In this document: positions 29,929-39,450 of the stretch, piece after piece
Position numbering within the stretch: the stretch's first letter is position 1
Layout of the letters: every line of letters starts with the position of its first letter
Origin: Acholeplasmataceae bacterium
Lineage (GTDB): Bacteria > Bacillota_I > Bacilli_A > Acholeplasmatales > Acholeplasmataceae
Direction of reading: 5' to 3'
DNA: 64,000 bases
NCBI GenBank assembly: GCA_050953825.1
Contig: JBMNNF010000003.1
Coordinates: 70,767 to 134,766, forward strand
The notes under the pieces: model-generated
The model's database searches: none
Told to the model about the DNA's origin: nothing
Seen by the model: the letters and a program-made list of their open reading frames with translations, nothing else
Translations under genes and position numbers: made by a program

Positions 29929-30970
29929 TGTTTTTTTAATTCATCCGGGTGAAACTATTTATGAGGTAATACAAGATAGGAATATTTCGCAAAAAGAACT
30001 AGCGATAAGGACAGGATACACGGAAAAACACATATCAACTATTATAAATGGACAAAAAAATATATCGGCGGAATTTGCTAAAAAATTAGAATATGCTCTA
30101 AATATACCGGCATCTTTTTGGCGTAATCTCCAAACGAATTATGATTTGGAAGTTGTTGAGTTTAATGAAAAACATAGTATTACCGAAAAAGAAAGTCAAA
30201 TAGCAAAAGAGATCAAACAAACGGTTGAACTTATAACGGGAAAATCTTTCAAATCGAATCAAGGAATAGGACCTGTATATGAAATGAGAAAATTTTTAGG
30301 AGTTAGTAATTTATGCTCGATATTAACTTTAAACCCACCTAGATTTAGAGCTAAGTTTCAAAAGAATACAAGCGAACATATAATGTCGACTTGGCAATAT
30401 TTATGTGGAAAAAAAGTAGAAAATCAAACAGATGCTCCCTTAAATATTGGAAAACTTATCCAAAGTATTGACGAGATTAAACAAATAATGCATGAACCAG
30501 ACTCAACAAAACATAAAAAAATGATTCAAGAAGTTTTAAATAGGAGCGGTGTGTTATTTACAGTTGAAAAACACGGAAAAAATACGCCAATTAATGGCCT
30601 AACGGCTAAAACTAAAAATAATCAGGTGATGATTGCACTTACACTTAGATTAAAATATGTAGATGTATTTTGGTTTACTCTATTTCACGAAATTGGTCAT
30701 GTGATTGCTAAAGACTATTTAAGAGATCAATCTATTTGGGATGAGATTGATAAAATTGAAGAACGAGCTAATAAATTTGCTGCTGATGTACTGATCGATT
30801 CCCAAAAATACAAAATTTTTATTGCCAGAAAGGATTTTAGTAATTCCGCGATAGAAAACTTTGCAAAAGAGAATAATGTATTACCGACCATCGTCTACGG
30901 CAGATTAATGCATGACGGAATAAAACCTTGGTATTCTTTTAATAGAGATACTTATGAATGGATAAGGTAA
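29897..30970 (+). CDS. HigA-type XRE HTH antitoxin fused to an ImmA/IrrE (M78, COG2856) zinc-metallopeptidase domain
   Basis: N-terminus IHPGETIYEVIQDRNISQKELA...NGQKNIS...FWRNLQ matches HigA. The C-terminal domain has HEIGH. It overlaps the toxin gene by 32 nt. Confidence 0.75.
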   Translation: MVAKQQHTSPDVFLIHPGETIYEVIQDRNISQKELAIRTGYTEKHISTIINGQKNISAEFAKKLEYALNIPASFWRNLQTNYDLEVVEFNEKHSITEKESQIAKEIKQTVELITGKSFKSNQGIGPVYEMRKFLGVSNLCSILTLNPPRFRAKFQKNTSEHIMSTWQYLCGKKVENQTDAPLNIGKLIQSIDEIKQIMHEPDSTKHKKMIQEVLNRSGVLFTVEKHGKNTPINGLTAKTKNNQVMIALTLRLKYVDVFWFTLFHEIGHVIAKDYLRDQSIWDEIDKIEERANKFAADVLIDSQKYKIFIARKDFSNSAIENFAKENNVLPTIVYGRLMHDGIKPWYSFNRDTYEWIR

Positions 30971-30993
30971 TAATTTAAGATAAATTAAACATT

Positions 30994-31031
30994 AAACCTC
31001 AACTAAGAAAAATGTTGAGGTTTTATTTTTT
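30994..31031 (+). terminator. Intrinsic terminator after the TA cassette (near-copy of 29445..29477)
   Basis: Same aaacctcaa/ttgaggttt stem. 28 of 31 nt are identical to the upstream terminator. Confidence 0.8.
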
Positions 31032-31050
31032 CAAATTAAAAGTGAAAAAA

Positions 31051-31079
31051 TTGACAATAAAACTAAGTTATTATATAAT
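31051..31079 (+). promoter_or_regulatory. str operon promoter
   Basis: TTGACA 31051-31056, 17-nt spacer, TATAAT 31074-31079. Confidence 0.7.
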
Positions 31080-31081
31080 AT

Positions 31082-31161
31082 ACGTGTTGCGCGAATTGCG
31101 CAATAAAATCAATATTGAATTAACGGCTTTAATAAGCCAATAGAAGCATAATAAAACACGT
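31082..31161 (+). promoter_or_regulatory. Structured 5' leader of rpsL
   Basis: Closing helix acgtgtt (31082-31088) with aacacgt (31155-31161) encloses the hairpins ttgcgc-gaatt-gcgcaa and ggctt-taata-agcc. Confidence 0.45.
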
Positions 31162-31194
31162 GGATGCGTGAATATAAGAAAAGGAGACTGAAAT

Positions 31195-31608
31195 ATGCCA
31201 ACAATTCAACAATTAGTTACTAAAGGTCGTCAATCAAAAACGACAAAATCTAAATCTCCGGCATTAGGATATGGTTATAATAGTATTCAAAAGAAAACTA
31301 GTTATTATGACTCGCCACAAAAAAGAGGAGTTTGTACTAGAGTTACGACAATGACACCTAAAAAACCGAACTCAGCTTTAAGAAAATATGCGAGAGTTAG
31401 ATTATCAAACGGTACCGAAGTTACCGCATATATTCCTGGAATCGGACACACATTACAAGAACACAGTGTCGTTTTAATTCGTGGTGGTAGAGTTAAAGAC
31501 TTACCAGGGGTACGTTACCACATCGTAAGAGGAACTCTAGATACAGCTGGAGTTCAAAATAGGAAACAAGCCCGTTCTAAATACGGTGCTAAAAGACCTA
31601 AAAAATAG
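31195..31608 (+). CDS. rpsL: 30S ribosomal protein S12
   Basis: MPTIQQL..., [10 protein letters not shown], and conserved gene order. Confidence 0.98.
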   Translation: MPTIQQLVTKGRQSKTTKSKSPALGYGYNSIQKKTSYYDSPQKRGVCTRVTTMTPKKPNSALRKYARVRLSNGTEVTAYIPGIGHTLQEHSVVLIRGGRVKDLPGVRYHIVRGTLDTAGVQNRKQARSKYGAKRPKK

Positions 31609-31627
31609 GAAGGAAAGGTGAAGATAC

Positions 31628-32098
31628 ATGCCAAGAAAAGGACACGTAGTTAAAAGAGATGTATTACCTGACCCGATTTACAACTCTAAATTAGTGACAA
31701 AAGCTATCAATGCAATTATGCTAGATGGTAAAAAAGGTACAGCTCAAAGTATTTTATACGGAGCATTAAGAAAAGTTGAAAATGAAACTGGTCGTGATGG
31801 TTTAGAAGTTTTCGAACAAGCCCTAAACAATATTATGCCAGTTATTGAAACAAGATCTAGAAGAATTGGTGGGCAAAACTATCAAGTACCAACGGAAGTT
31901 AGACCAGCGAGAAAACAAGCTCTTGGTTTAAGATGGTTAATACAATACGCTAGACTAAGACACGAAAAAACAATGGTAGATCGATTAGCCAGAGAAATTT
32001 TAGACGCTTCAAACGGCACGGGTGCGGCAGTTAAGAAGCGTGATGACGTTCATAGAATGGCTGAAGCTAACAAAGCGTTTGCTCACTACCGTTGGTAA
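31628..32098 (+). CDS. rpsG: 30S ribosomal protein S7
   Basis: MPRKG..., LPDP.Y, ending HYRW. Confidence 0.98.
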   Translation: MPRKGHVVKRDVLPDPIYNSKLVTKAINAIMLDGKKGTAQSILYGALRKVENETGRDGLEVFEQALNNIMPVIETRSRRIGGQNYQVPTEVRPARKQALGLRWLIQYARLRHEKTMVDRLAREILDASNGTGAAVKKRDDVHRMAEANKAFAHYRW

Positions 32099-32110
32099 GG
32101 AGCTAAAATT

Positions 32111-34186
32111 ATGCCAAGAGAAACGAGCTTAGAAAAAACTAGAAATATTGGCATCATGGCGCATATTGACGCTGGTAAAACGACAACTAGCGAAAGAATT
32201 TTATATCATACTGGTAAAATTCATAAAATGGGCGAAACCCATGATGGAGCCGCTCAAATGGACTGGATGGAGCAAGAACAAGAACGAGGTATTACAATTA
32301 CCTCAGCCGCAACTACAGCATTTTGGAAAGGCTATAAAATTAATGTGATTGATACTCCAGGACACGTAGATTTCACAGTTGAAGTATCTCGTTCACTAAG
32401 AGTATTAGATGGTGCAGTTACGGTTTTGGATGCTCAAGCTGGTGTTGAGCCACAAACCGAAACTGTGTGGCGTCAAGCCACAGATTATAAAGTGCCAAGA
32501 ATTGTCTTTGTTAATAAGATGGATAAAATTGGCGCTGACTTCGAAAATGCAATTCAAACGATGCATAATCGTTTAGGGGTGAAAGCCTATGCGGTTCAAT
32601 GGCCAATTGGCGCAGAAAACGACTTCAGTGGAATTATTGACTTAATTACGATGAAAGCTTATCATTATGATGGCGGAATTGATGAGGAGACTACAGAAAT
32701 TCCTATTCCTGCTAATTTAATTAATAAGGTTAAGGAAAAAAGAATTGAATTAATTGAGGCCATCTGTGATTTTAACGAAGAATTAATGATTATGTATCTA
32801 GAGGGGGAAGAAATCCCAGTAGAAATAATCAAAGAAACGATTAGACAAGCAACTCTAGATGTTAAATTCTTCCCAGTATTTTGTGGGACCGCCTTTAAGA
32901 ATAAAGGAGTTAAAAAAATTCTTGATGGAATTATTGACTATTTACCAGCACCAACTGATGTTGATGGGATAGTCGGACATAAAGAAGATGGTACTCAAGT
33001 AGTGAGACTACCAAGTGATTCGGAACCATTTACTGCCCTAGCTTTTAAAGTAATGACTGACCCATACGTTGGTAAGTTAACTTTCTTCAGAGTTTATTCT
33101 GGATCAGTTAAATCAGGAAGTTATGTGAGAAACGCATCAAAAGATACAAGAGAACGCTTTGGTAGAATCTTATTAATGCACGCTAATCACCGTGAGGAAG
33201 TTAGCGAAGTCTACGCTGGTGATATTGCGGCAGTTGTTGGACTGAAAGAAACCACAACGGGGAATACTTTATGTGGTGAAAGAGATGATATCATTTTAGA
33301 ATCAATGATCTTCCCAGAACCAGTAATTGATATTGCAATTGAACCAAAAACCAAGCAAGACCAAGACCGGATGTCAACCGCTTTAACTAAACTAGCTGAA
33401 GAAGACCCAACATTTAGAACTTATATTGACAAGGAAACTGGACAAACGATTATTGCTGGTATGGGTGAATTACACTTAGACATTATTGTTGACCGTTTGA
33501 AAAGAGAATTTAAGGTTGAAGCTAATGTCGCTGAACCTCAAGTCTCTTATCGTGAAACAATTACTGTTCCAGCGACGATTGAAGGCAAGTTTGTCCGTCA
33601 ATCAGGTGGACGTGGTCAATATGGGCACGTTATTATCGAATTTGAGCCAAACCCAGGTAAAGGATTTGAATTCGTTGATAAAATTGTTGGTGGCGTTGTT
33701 CCAAAAGAATATATTCCAGCAGTTCAAAAAGGTTTAGAAGAAGCCATGCCTAATGGAATTGTCGCTGGTTATCCAGTATTAGACATTAAAGCTACTTTAA
33801 TTGATGGATCATATCATGATGTTGACTCATCAGAAATGGCCTTTAAAATTGCTGCATCAATGGCGTTAAAGGAATTATCTGAAAAAGGTAAACCAACTAT
33901 TTTAGAGCCAATTATGACAGTTGAAGTTGTTACACCGAATGATTATGTCGGTAACGTGATTGGCGATTTAACTAGTCGCCGTGGCCGATTAGAACACCAA
34001 GAGGGACGAGGTAATGCCGTCGCAATTAAAGCGTTCGTTCCACTTTCTGAAATGTTTGGCTATGCGACAGCCTTACGTTCTAACACTCAAGGAAGAGCTA
34101 ACTTCGTTATGCAATTCGCTCACTATGAGCCAACACCACGCTCAATTACTGATGATATTGTTAAAAAGCGCGGAGCAAAAGTATAA
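32111..34186 (+). CDS. fusA: Elongation factor G
   Basis: [21 protein letters not shown], full length 691 aa. Confidence 0.98.
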   Translation: MPRETSLEKTRNIGIMAHIDAGKTTTSERILYHTGKIHKMGETHDGAAQMDWMEQEQERGITITSAATTAFWKGYKINVIDTPGHVDFTVEVSRSLRVLDGAVTVLDAQAGVEPQTETVWRQATDYKVPRIVFVNKMDKIGADFENAIQTMHNRLGVKAYAVQWPIGAENDFSGIIDLITMKAYHYDGGIDEETTEIPIPANLINKVKEKRIELIEAICDFNEELMIMYLEGEEIPVEIIKETIRQATLDVKFFPVFCGTAFKNKGVKKILDGIIDYLPAPTDVDGIVGHKEDGTQVVRLPSDSEPFTALAFKVMTDPYVGKLTFFRVYSGSVKSGSYVRNASKDTRERFGRILLMHANHREEVSEVYAGDIAAVVGLKETTTGNTLCGERDDIILESMIFPEPVIDIAIEPKTKQDQDRMSTALTKLAEEDPTFRTYIDKETGQTIIAGMGELHLDIIVDRLKREFKVEANVAEPQVSYRETITVPATIEGKFVRQSGGRGQYGHVIIEFEPNPGKGFEFVDKIVGGVVPKEYIPAVQKGLEEAMPNGIVAGYPVLDIKATLIDGSYHDVDSSEMAFKIAASMALKELSEKGKPTILEPIMTVEVVTPNDYVGNVIGDLTSRRGRLEHQEGRGNAVAIKAFVPLSEMFGYATALRSNTQGRANFVMQFAHYEPTPRSITDDIVKKRGAKV

Positions 34187-34222
34187 AATAGTAGCGTAAT
34201 TGGGACTTATATAACTAATAAC

Positions 34223-34251
34223 TTGCAAAAGTTAGTAGTTTAAGATAAAAT
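34223..34251 (+). promoter_or_regulatory. Internal promoter for tuf
   Basis: TTGCAA 34223-34228, 17-nt spacer, TAAAAT 34246-34251. Confidence 0.55.
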
Positions 34252-34313
34252 ATTAAGAGTAAATGTATTAAACAAAACAAATAAAAAAGAATCTTATTTA
34301 GGAGGAAAAAATA

Positions 34314-35498
34314 ATGGCAAAGAAAAAATTTGAAAGAACCAAACCACACGTAAATATTGGTACAATTGGTCACGTTGACCATGGTAAAACTACATTAACT
34401 GCAGCTATTACTTCGGTATTAGCTAAAAAAGGATTATCTGAAAAGAAAGACTATTCACAAATTGACGGTGCTCCAGAAGAAAAAGAAAGAGGAATCACTA
34501 TCAATACAGCTCACGTAGAATACGAAACTGAAAATCGTCACTACGCACACGTTGACTGCCCAGGACACGCTGACTATGTTAAAAACATGATTACTGGTGC
34601 GGCCCAAATGGACGGCGGAATTTTAGTTGTTTCAGCAGCAGATGGTATGATGCCTCAAACTAGAGAACACGTATTATTAGCTCGTCAAGTTGGAGTACCT
34701 AAGTTAGTTGTTTTCTTAAACAAATCTGACTTAGTTGATGACGATGAATTATTAGAACTTGTTGAAATGGAAATTAGAGAATTATTATCTGATTACGATT
34801 TCCCAGGTGATGATATTCCATTCGTAGCTGGTTCAGCACTAAAAGCTTTAGAAGGCGACCCTGTTCATGAACAAAAAATCATTGAATTAATGGCTAATGT
34901 TGACGCTTATGTTGATGAACCAATTAGAGAAACTGATAAACCTTTCTTAATGCCAGTTGAAGACGTATTTACCATTACTGGTCGTGGAACTGTGGCAACC
35001 GGCCGTGTTGAACGTGGAACTTTAAAGGTTGGAGACGAAGTTGAAATCGTTGGAATTAGACCAACTAGAAAAACAGTTGTTACTGGAGTTGAAATGTTTA
35101 GAAAATTATTAGACTACGCTGAAGCTGGAGACAACATCGGTGCTTTATTACGTGGTGTTCCACGTGATGAAATTGAACGTGGTCAAGTATTAGCTAAACC
35201 AGGATCAGTTAAACCACATACTAAGTTCGAAGCGCAAGTTTACGTTCTTTCTAAAGAAGAAGGTGGACGTCATACTCCATTCTTCTCAAATTATCGCCCA
35301 CAATTCTATTTCAGAACTACTGACGTTACAGGTGTTATTCACTTAAAACCAGGAACTGAAATGGTTATGCCTGGAGATAATACTGAAATGATCGTTGAAT
35401 TAATTCACCCAATCGCTGTTGAACAAGGTACTAAGTTCTCAATTCGTGAAGGCGGTAGAACAGTTGGTGCTGGTTCAGTAACTAAGATTATTGAATAA
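34314..35498 (+). CDS. tuf: Elongation factor Tu
   Basis: [18 protein letters not shown], 394 aa. Confidence 0.98.
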   Translation: MAKKKFERTKPHVNIGTIGHVDHGKTTLTAAITSVLAKKGLSEKKDYSQIDGAPEEKERGITINTAHVEYETENRHYAHVDCPGHADYVKNMITGAAQMDGGILVVSAADGMMPQTREHVLLARQVGVPKLVVFLNKSDLVDDDELLELVEMEIRELLSDYDFPGDDIPFVAGSALKALEGDPVHEQKIIELMANVDAYVDEPIRETDKPFLMPVEDVFTITGRGTVATGRVERGTLKVGDEVEIVGIRPTRKTVVTGVEMFRKLLDYAEAGDNIGALLRGVPRDEIERGQVLAKPGSVKPHTKFEAQVYVLSKEEGGRHTPFFSNYRPQFYFRTTDVTGVIHLKPGTEMVMPGDNTEMIVELIHPIAVEQGTKFSIREGGRTVGAGSVTKIIE

Positions 35499-35516
35499 TT
35501 AAACTAAATCAAAAAT

Positions 35517-35543
35517 AAAAGATGCGGCGACGCATCTTTTTTT
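35517..35543 (+). terminator. tuf intrinsic terminator
   Basis: aaagatgcg-gcga-cgcatcttt stem followed by a T-run. Confidence 0.85.
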
Positions 35544-35604
35544 GTCATATAAAGAAAAACAAATAAATTTTTTCTATTATAAGATAGAGATATGAGACGA
35601 AAAC

Positions 35605-35633
35605 TTGACAATGTTATAACAAATGTATATACT
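35605..35633 (+). promoter_or_regulatory. mazEF promoter with a palindromic operator candidate
   Basis: TTGACA 35605-35610, 17-nt spacer, TATACT 35628-35633. The perfect palindrome TGTTATAACA (35612-35621) lies in the spacer. Confidence 0.6.
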
Positions 35634-35650
35634 TTTATTGAGGTGTTAAT

Positions 35651-35890
35651 ATGAAAACTCAAATTAAAAAAATAGGAAACAGCAAAGGAATTATTATTCC
35701 TGCAGCAATTATAAAAACATTAGGATTAGAAGAACAAGATAGTTTATTGTTAGAGGTTCAAGGAGATTCGATAATTATTAAAAAAGAGAAGAAAACACCA
35801 ATGACACTAATGCAACTATTTGAGGAATACGATGGTAATTATGACTATGATATCGTTTTTGATGATGCAGTAGGAGATGAAGTATGGTAA
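35651..35890 (+). CDS. mazE: MazE/AbrB-fold (SpoVT-AbrB) antitoxin
   Basis: KIGNSKGIIIPAAI swapped-hairpin motif, acidic C-terminus, overlaps the toxin gene by 7 nt. Confidence 0.8.
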   Translation: MKTQIKKIGNSKGIIIPAAIIKTLGLEEQDSLLLEVQGDSIIIKKEKKTPMTLMQLFEEYDGNYDYDIVFDDAVGDEVW

Positions 35891-36210
35891 AACAAGGAGA
35901 TATTATTTTAGTTGATTTCAGTCCAACTATTGGTTCCGAACAAAGAGGTAGAAGACCTGCGGTTGTAGTAAGCAATAATGATTTTCAAAGGGTAACGAAG
36001 AAGTTTGCTATTGTGGTGCCAATTACTTCAACGCGAAGAAATAAATTTCCTCTTCATGTTGGGCTTGATAATAGAACAAATACCCAAGGCGATATAATGT
36101 GTGAACAAATTAAAATGATTGATACCGAAGCTAGAAATGTCCAAGTAATCGAATCTATTCCCAACGATATATTGGAAAAGATTTTAAATTTAGTAACTTT
36201 ATTTTTTTAA
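35884..36210 (+). CDS. mazF: MazF/PemK-family endoribonuclease toxin
   Basis: GDIILVDFSPTIGSEQRGRRPAVVVS and the VVPITS block. Confidence 0.9.
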   Translation: MVKQGDIILVDFSPTIGSEQRGRRPAVVVSNNDFQRVTKKFAIVVPITSTRRNKFPLHVGLDNRTNTQGDIMCEQIKMIDTEARNVQVIESIPNDILEKILNLVTLFF

Positions 36211-36334
36211 TCTATTTGCATAGAAATTCTATAATCAGATATTATCTATTCAAATAATAAGTTATGATAAAATATTAATTGAAAAAGATGTTTATTACTT
36301 GTCATCTACAAGTAACGTAAAGAAAGGTAAAGTT

Positions 36335-37237
36335 ATGGATATAAAATATGATGAAAATATTATTCCACATCTTTTCGAAGGTGTATATGTAGTAGATCAA
36401 AATAGAAAAATCATTTTTTGGAATGACGGAAGCGAACGCATTACTGGTTATTCTAAAGAAGAAGTAACCAATAGTTATTGTTACCAGAATTTTTTACAAC
36501 ACGTAGACGAAAATGGGAACCAGTTATGTCTTTCTGAATGTCCACTTCATAAAACCTTGCAAGATGGTATTATTAGACAGGCTCATGTGTTTTTAAAACA
36601 TAAAGATGGGTATCGGATACCAGTTATGGTTAAAACCTTACCAATTTATGATCAAGATCACAATATCGTCGCGGCTATTGAAGTATTTACCGATGAGAGA
36701 TTCCAAAAACAAATTTATCACGAAAATATTGAATTAAAAGATAAACTTCGAATTGATCCATTAACCCAAGTAGCTAATCGGAATTACTTTGATTTTGAAA
36801 TGACTAAAAGGTTAGAAGCGGCTAAATTATTTTCTAATACCTTTGGCATTTTAATGATGGATATTGATCATTTTAAAAATGTAAACGACACTTACGGTCA
36901 CTTAGTTGGCGATGAAATTTTAAAAATTGTCGCCCACACATTAACATCTAATGTTAAGAAAACGGATTTAGTAAGTCGTTGGGGTGGCGAAGAGTTTATT
37001 GCGATTATCGATGTTTTAAATAAAGAGGATTTAGAAATAATAGCGGAACGATTAAGACTATTAGTTCAAGCCTCTAGTTATCAATTAGATGATGACAAAA
37101 TGGTTCATGTGACAATTTCTATTGGTGGAACATTAGTGACAAAAACTGATACGATTATGACGGCCATTAAAAGGGCAGATGACAATATGTATTATGCAAA
37201 ACAAAATGGTAGAAATCAATCAAAGATTTCTACTTAA
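36335..37237 (+). CDS. PAS-GGDEF diguanylate cyclase
   Basis: PAS-like N-terminus, then DIDHFKNVNDTYGH and the active site RWGGEEF. ATG 36335 is preferred over the TTG at 36299. Confidence 0.85.
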   Translation: MDIKYDENIIPHLFEGVYVVDQNRKIIFWNDGSERITGYSKEEVTNSYCYQNFLQHVDENGNQLCLSECPLHKTLQDGIIRQAHVFLKHKDGYRIPVMVKTLPIYDQDHNIVAAIEVFTDERFQKQIYHENIELKDKLRIDPLTQVANRNYFDFEMTKRLEAAKLFSNTFGILMMDIDHFKNVNDTYGHLVGDEILKIVAHTLTSNVKKTDLVSRWGGEEFIAIIDVLNKEDLEIIAERLRLLVQASSYQLDDDKMVHVTISIGGTLVTKTDTIMTAIKRADDNMYYAKQNGRNQSKIST

Positions 37238-37290
37238 AAAATGAATGTTTTAATCAAATTAAACTTGTAGTTTAAAATGATGATAAAGCC

Positions 37291-37319
37291 TTGCAAATGA
37301 TATTTTTGTCTGATATATT
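37291..37319 (+). promoter_or_regulatory. Promoter of the orphan RNA candidate
   Basis: TTGCAA 37291-37296, 17-nt spacer, TATATT 37314-37319. Confidence 0.55.
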
Positions 37320-37325
37320 ACTTAT

Positions 37326-37798
37326 GCAAGTTAAATATTGTTTGTGGCTGAATAAACCTTTGTCGAGGTTAAGGCACGCTGGTGGGAGAGCTCTTGAGGT
37401 TGGAACACCTTCATACTGGAATGTATCCGGGAAAAGACGGCGGTGAAAACAATTAACTATGGCTTATCGCAATCTCGAAACTGGCTTCTGGGCTTGCCGA
37501 GTAGTGACGCACCGGTTAAGCGATGTCAACCAGAAGTGGTCGTTGACGTATAGTGATATACTATAACAGTTCTGTCGAGAGGTCTGTTGCTGAAATCGAC
37601 CAGGGATAGCTCTTATGTGCTCAAAACCGGTCAGACACAGTGACGGTCCCGAGAGGGTAGCAATAGTACCTAAATGATCAATAGGTATGCTATGGCAGAA
37701 GAAAGGTGTAGTTAGTTAGAGTTGGAGAGGATGACACGCCCTCTTCCAAACACTATTTATATTTGCTCACAAAAGAAAGAGTTTCATACTCTTTTTTT
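37326..37798 (+). ncRNA. Unclassified large structured RNA candidate (about 470 nt)
   Basis: No ORF in the supplied track on either strand across 37238..37914. Markedly more G+C-rich than the flanks. Many nested and pseudoknot-type complementary segments. Own terminator aaagagt-ttcat-actcttttttt at 37776-37798. Confidence 0.6.
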
Positions 37799-37866
37799 AA
37801 AAAAAATACCAAAATATCCCACTTTTTCATGATTAATAATTACTTGTTTGATAATTATCTAAATCG

Positions 37867-37895
37867 TTGACTTTCGAGATTAAATTTGATAACAT
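37867..37895 (+). promoter_or_regulatory. Promoter of the riboswitch-antiporter operon
   Basis: TTGACT 37867-37872, 17-nt spacer, extended -10 TGaTAACAT 37887-37895. Confidence 0.55.
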
Positions 37896-38013
37896 ACTCG
37901 CGTAGATCTCCGAATCATTTCGAGTGGGGGACCCAGTTATTTGGGGTGAATCTCATTAGAGTAAGGCAACTTAATTGTCTGAACCCGTCAGCTAACCTCA
38001 TAGGAGTGATTAA
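37896..38013 (+). promoter_or_regulatory. c-di-AMP riboswitch (ydaO/yuaA motif)
   Basis: Contains the conserved blocks GGGGGACCCA, GGGGUGAAUC and GAACCCGUCAGCUAACCUC, in the order and spacing I recall for B. subtilis ydaO. Confidence 0.85.
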
Positions 38014-38014
38014 G

Positions 38015-38040
38015 CGTATAACATTGTTATGCGTTTTTTT
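38015..38040 (+). terminator. Riboswitch expression-platform terminator
   Basis: 8-bp stem cgtataac/gttatgcg, 3-nt loop, T7 run, located 25 nt before the start codon. Confidence 0.75.
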
Positions 38041-38065
38041 ATTATAAAAAAGAGGAGAGATGTAG

Positions 38066-39448
38066 ATGGAGTTAAATTTATTGTTTAAAGTTGCGATAGT
38101 TTTAATTGTTGGCTTTATCGGAGGGCAAGTTGCTAGAAGATTAAAATTACCAAATGTTTCGGGGTATTTACTATTTGGATTATTATTGGGACCATCTTTA
38201 GGCTTAATTATTCCGGGATTTAGGGGATTAATCACGGCTGAAGATCAAAACACGTTACAATTCATTAGTGAAATTGCCCTAGCTTTTATCGCCTTTAGTA
38301 TTGGTAGTGAGTTTAATATTAAAAGCGTTAAAAAAATGGGGAAAGAAGTTAACGTTATCACATTAATGGAAGTAACTGGAGCAGTCATGTTAGTCTTCTT
38401 ATTTATGTTGGTGGTACCAAAGCCACAAACATTTAACAATACATACAATGTTATAGGGTATAATCCCTTTGCTAGGCCAAATGTTGCTTTCTCCATGATT
38501 CTTGCGAGTATGTCAGCTGCAACGGCACCAGCCGCAACATTAATGGTTGTTAGACAATATCGTGCATACGGACCGGTTACTAAGAAGATTTTACCAATTA
38601 CTGCAATGGATGATATCTACGGAATTGTTGTTTTTGGATTCTTTATTTCATTTGCTCAACTGTTAGTACCAGCAGGCGAACAATTACCATTATGGTTAAT
38701 GATTGCCAAACCATTTATTGAGGTATTCGGATCATTATTAATTGGAGCCATAATTGGATATCCATTATCAATTTTAGCTAGAAAGTTTGATCGAGAACGG
38801 GATGATATTCAAGTCTTGGCGATATCAGCGGTAGTACTATCACTTGGTTTTATTAGTGTTTTAAACCATGAAAAAGTATTAGGTCAATTTGGTATTAGTT
38901 TTTCAGCTCTATTATCTAATATTATTACTGGAGCGATGATTGCTAATCTAACTAGAAGACCAACTAGAACCTTTAATGCGGTTAATGATTTTACCGCTCC
39001 ATTCTTTGTTATGTTCTTTACTTTAGCAGGAGCCGGATTAGACTTGGCTATCATCAAGCAAGAATGGTTAATTGCAGTAATTAGTGTTGTCTATATTTTA
39101 GGTAGAGGTTTTGGTAAATATATTGGTACTTATTTAGGTGCGACAATGATGAAGAGCGAAGATAGTGTTAGAAAATATCTTGGTCTTGGACTCTTGCCAC
39201 AAGGTGGAGTCTCAATTGGACTTTTAGTTCTTGTTAAAAGAGCGTTCCCTGAAAATGATTTAGGAGAATTAAGTCCAATGTATAGTCTAATTTATACTAT
39301 AATTATGTTAAGTATTTTAGTTTATGAAACATCAGGCCCAATCTTTGCTAAGATTGCAATTTCTAAAGCCGGAGAAATTGGTGGTCTTGACAAACTTGAT
39401 CAGCTATCAAGTGTTGATGATTTAGTTTTAGAAGAAGAAGGAGTGTAA
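38066..39448 (+). CDS. Cation:proton antiporter (CPA2/Kef-type Na+/H+-exchanger family)
   Basis: About 12 TM segments. The N-terminal block GQVARRLKLPNVSGYLLFGLLLGPS is typical of the family. Lies downstream of the c-di-AMP riboswitch. Confidence 0.8.
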   Translation: MELNLLFKVAIVLIVGFIGGQVARRLKLPNVSGYLLFGLLLGPSLGLIIPGFRGLITAEDQNTLQFISEIALAFIAFSIGSEFNIKSVKKMGKEVNVITLMEVTGAVMLVFLFMLVVPKPQTFNNTYNVIGYNPFARPNVAFSMILASMSAATAPAATLMVVRQYRAYGPVTKKILPITAMDDIYGIVVFGFFISFAQLLVPAGEQLPLWLMIAKPFIEVFGSLLIGAIIGYPLSILARKFDRERDDIQVLAISAVVLSLGFISVLNHEKVLGQFGISFSALLSNIITGAMIANLTRRPTRTFNAVNDFTAPFFVMFFTLAGAGLDLAIIKQEWLIAVISVVYILGRGFGKYIGTYLGATMMKSEDSVRKYLGLGLLPQGGVSIGLLVLVKRAFPENDLGELSPMYSLIYTIIMLSILVYETSGPIFAKIAISKAGEIGGLDKLDQLSSVDDLVLEEEGV

Positions 39449-39450
39449 AA

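Noticed and set aside
32148-34199. Same-strand out-of-frame ORFs within fusA (32148-32348, 33516-33737, 34014-34199) and within the giant gene (45364-45564, 48040-48264, 54406-54615).
   Set aside because: They sit in alternative frames of strongly supported CDSs and have low-complexity translations with no motifs.
36299-36334. TTG start at 36299 for the GGDEF protein, and TTG start at 40524 for the TetR regulator.
   Set aside because: Downstream ATG codons (36335 and 40443) give products of canonical length. For TetR, the upstream extension would place the palindromic operator inside the coding sequence. Both starts remain uncertain.
37326-37798. Assigning the orphan RNA to RNase P RNA, tmRNA, SRP RNA or a cobalamin riboswitch.
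   Set aside because: A CUAUGGCUUAUCG stretch resembles the RNase P P4 3' strand, and GGUGAAAAC/CCAGAAG resemble cobalamin elements. However, the obligatory partners are absent: GAGGAAAGUCC, a tmRNA acceptor/T-arm and tag ORF, the SRP GGAA/AGCA domain IV, and a proper B12 box. The element also has its own terminator with no downstream regulated gene.
37915-38235. 106-aa minus-strand ORF overlapping the riboswitch and the antiporter start.
   Set aside because: The region is explained by the c-di-AMP riboswitch, its terminator and the plus-strand antiporter gene. The ORF has no RBS and a proline/asparagine-rich nonsense-like sequence.
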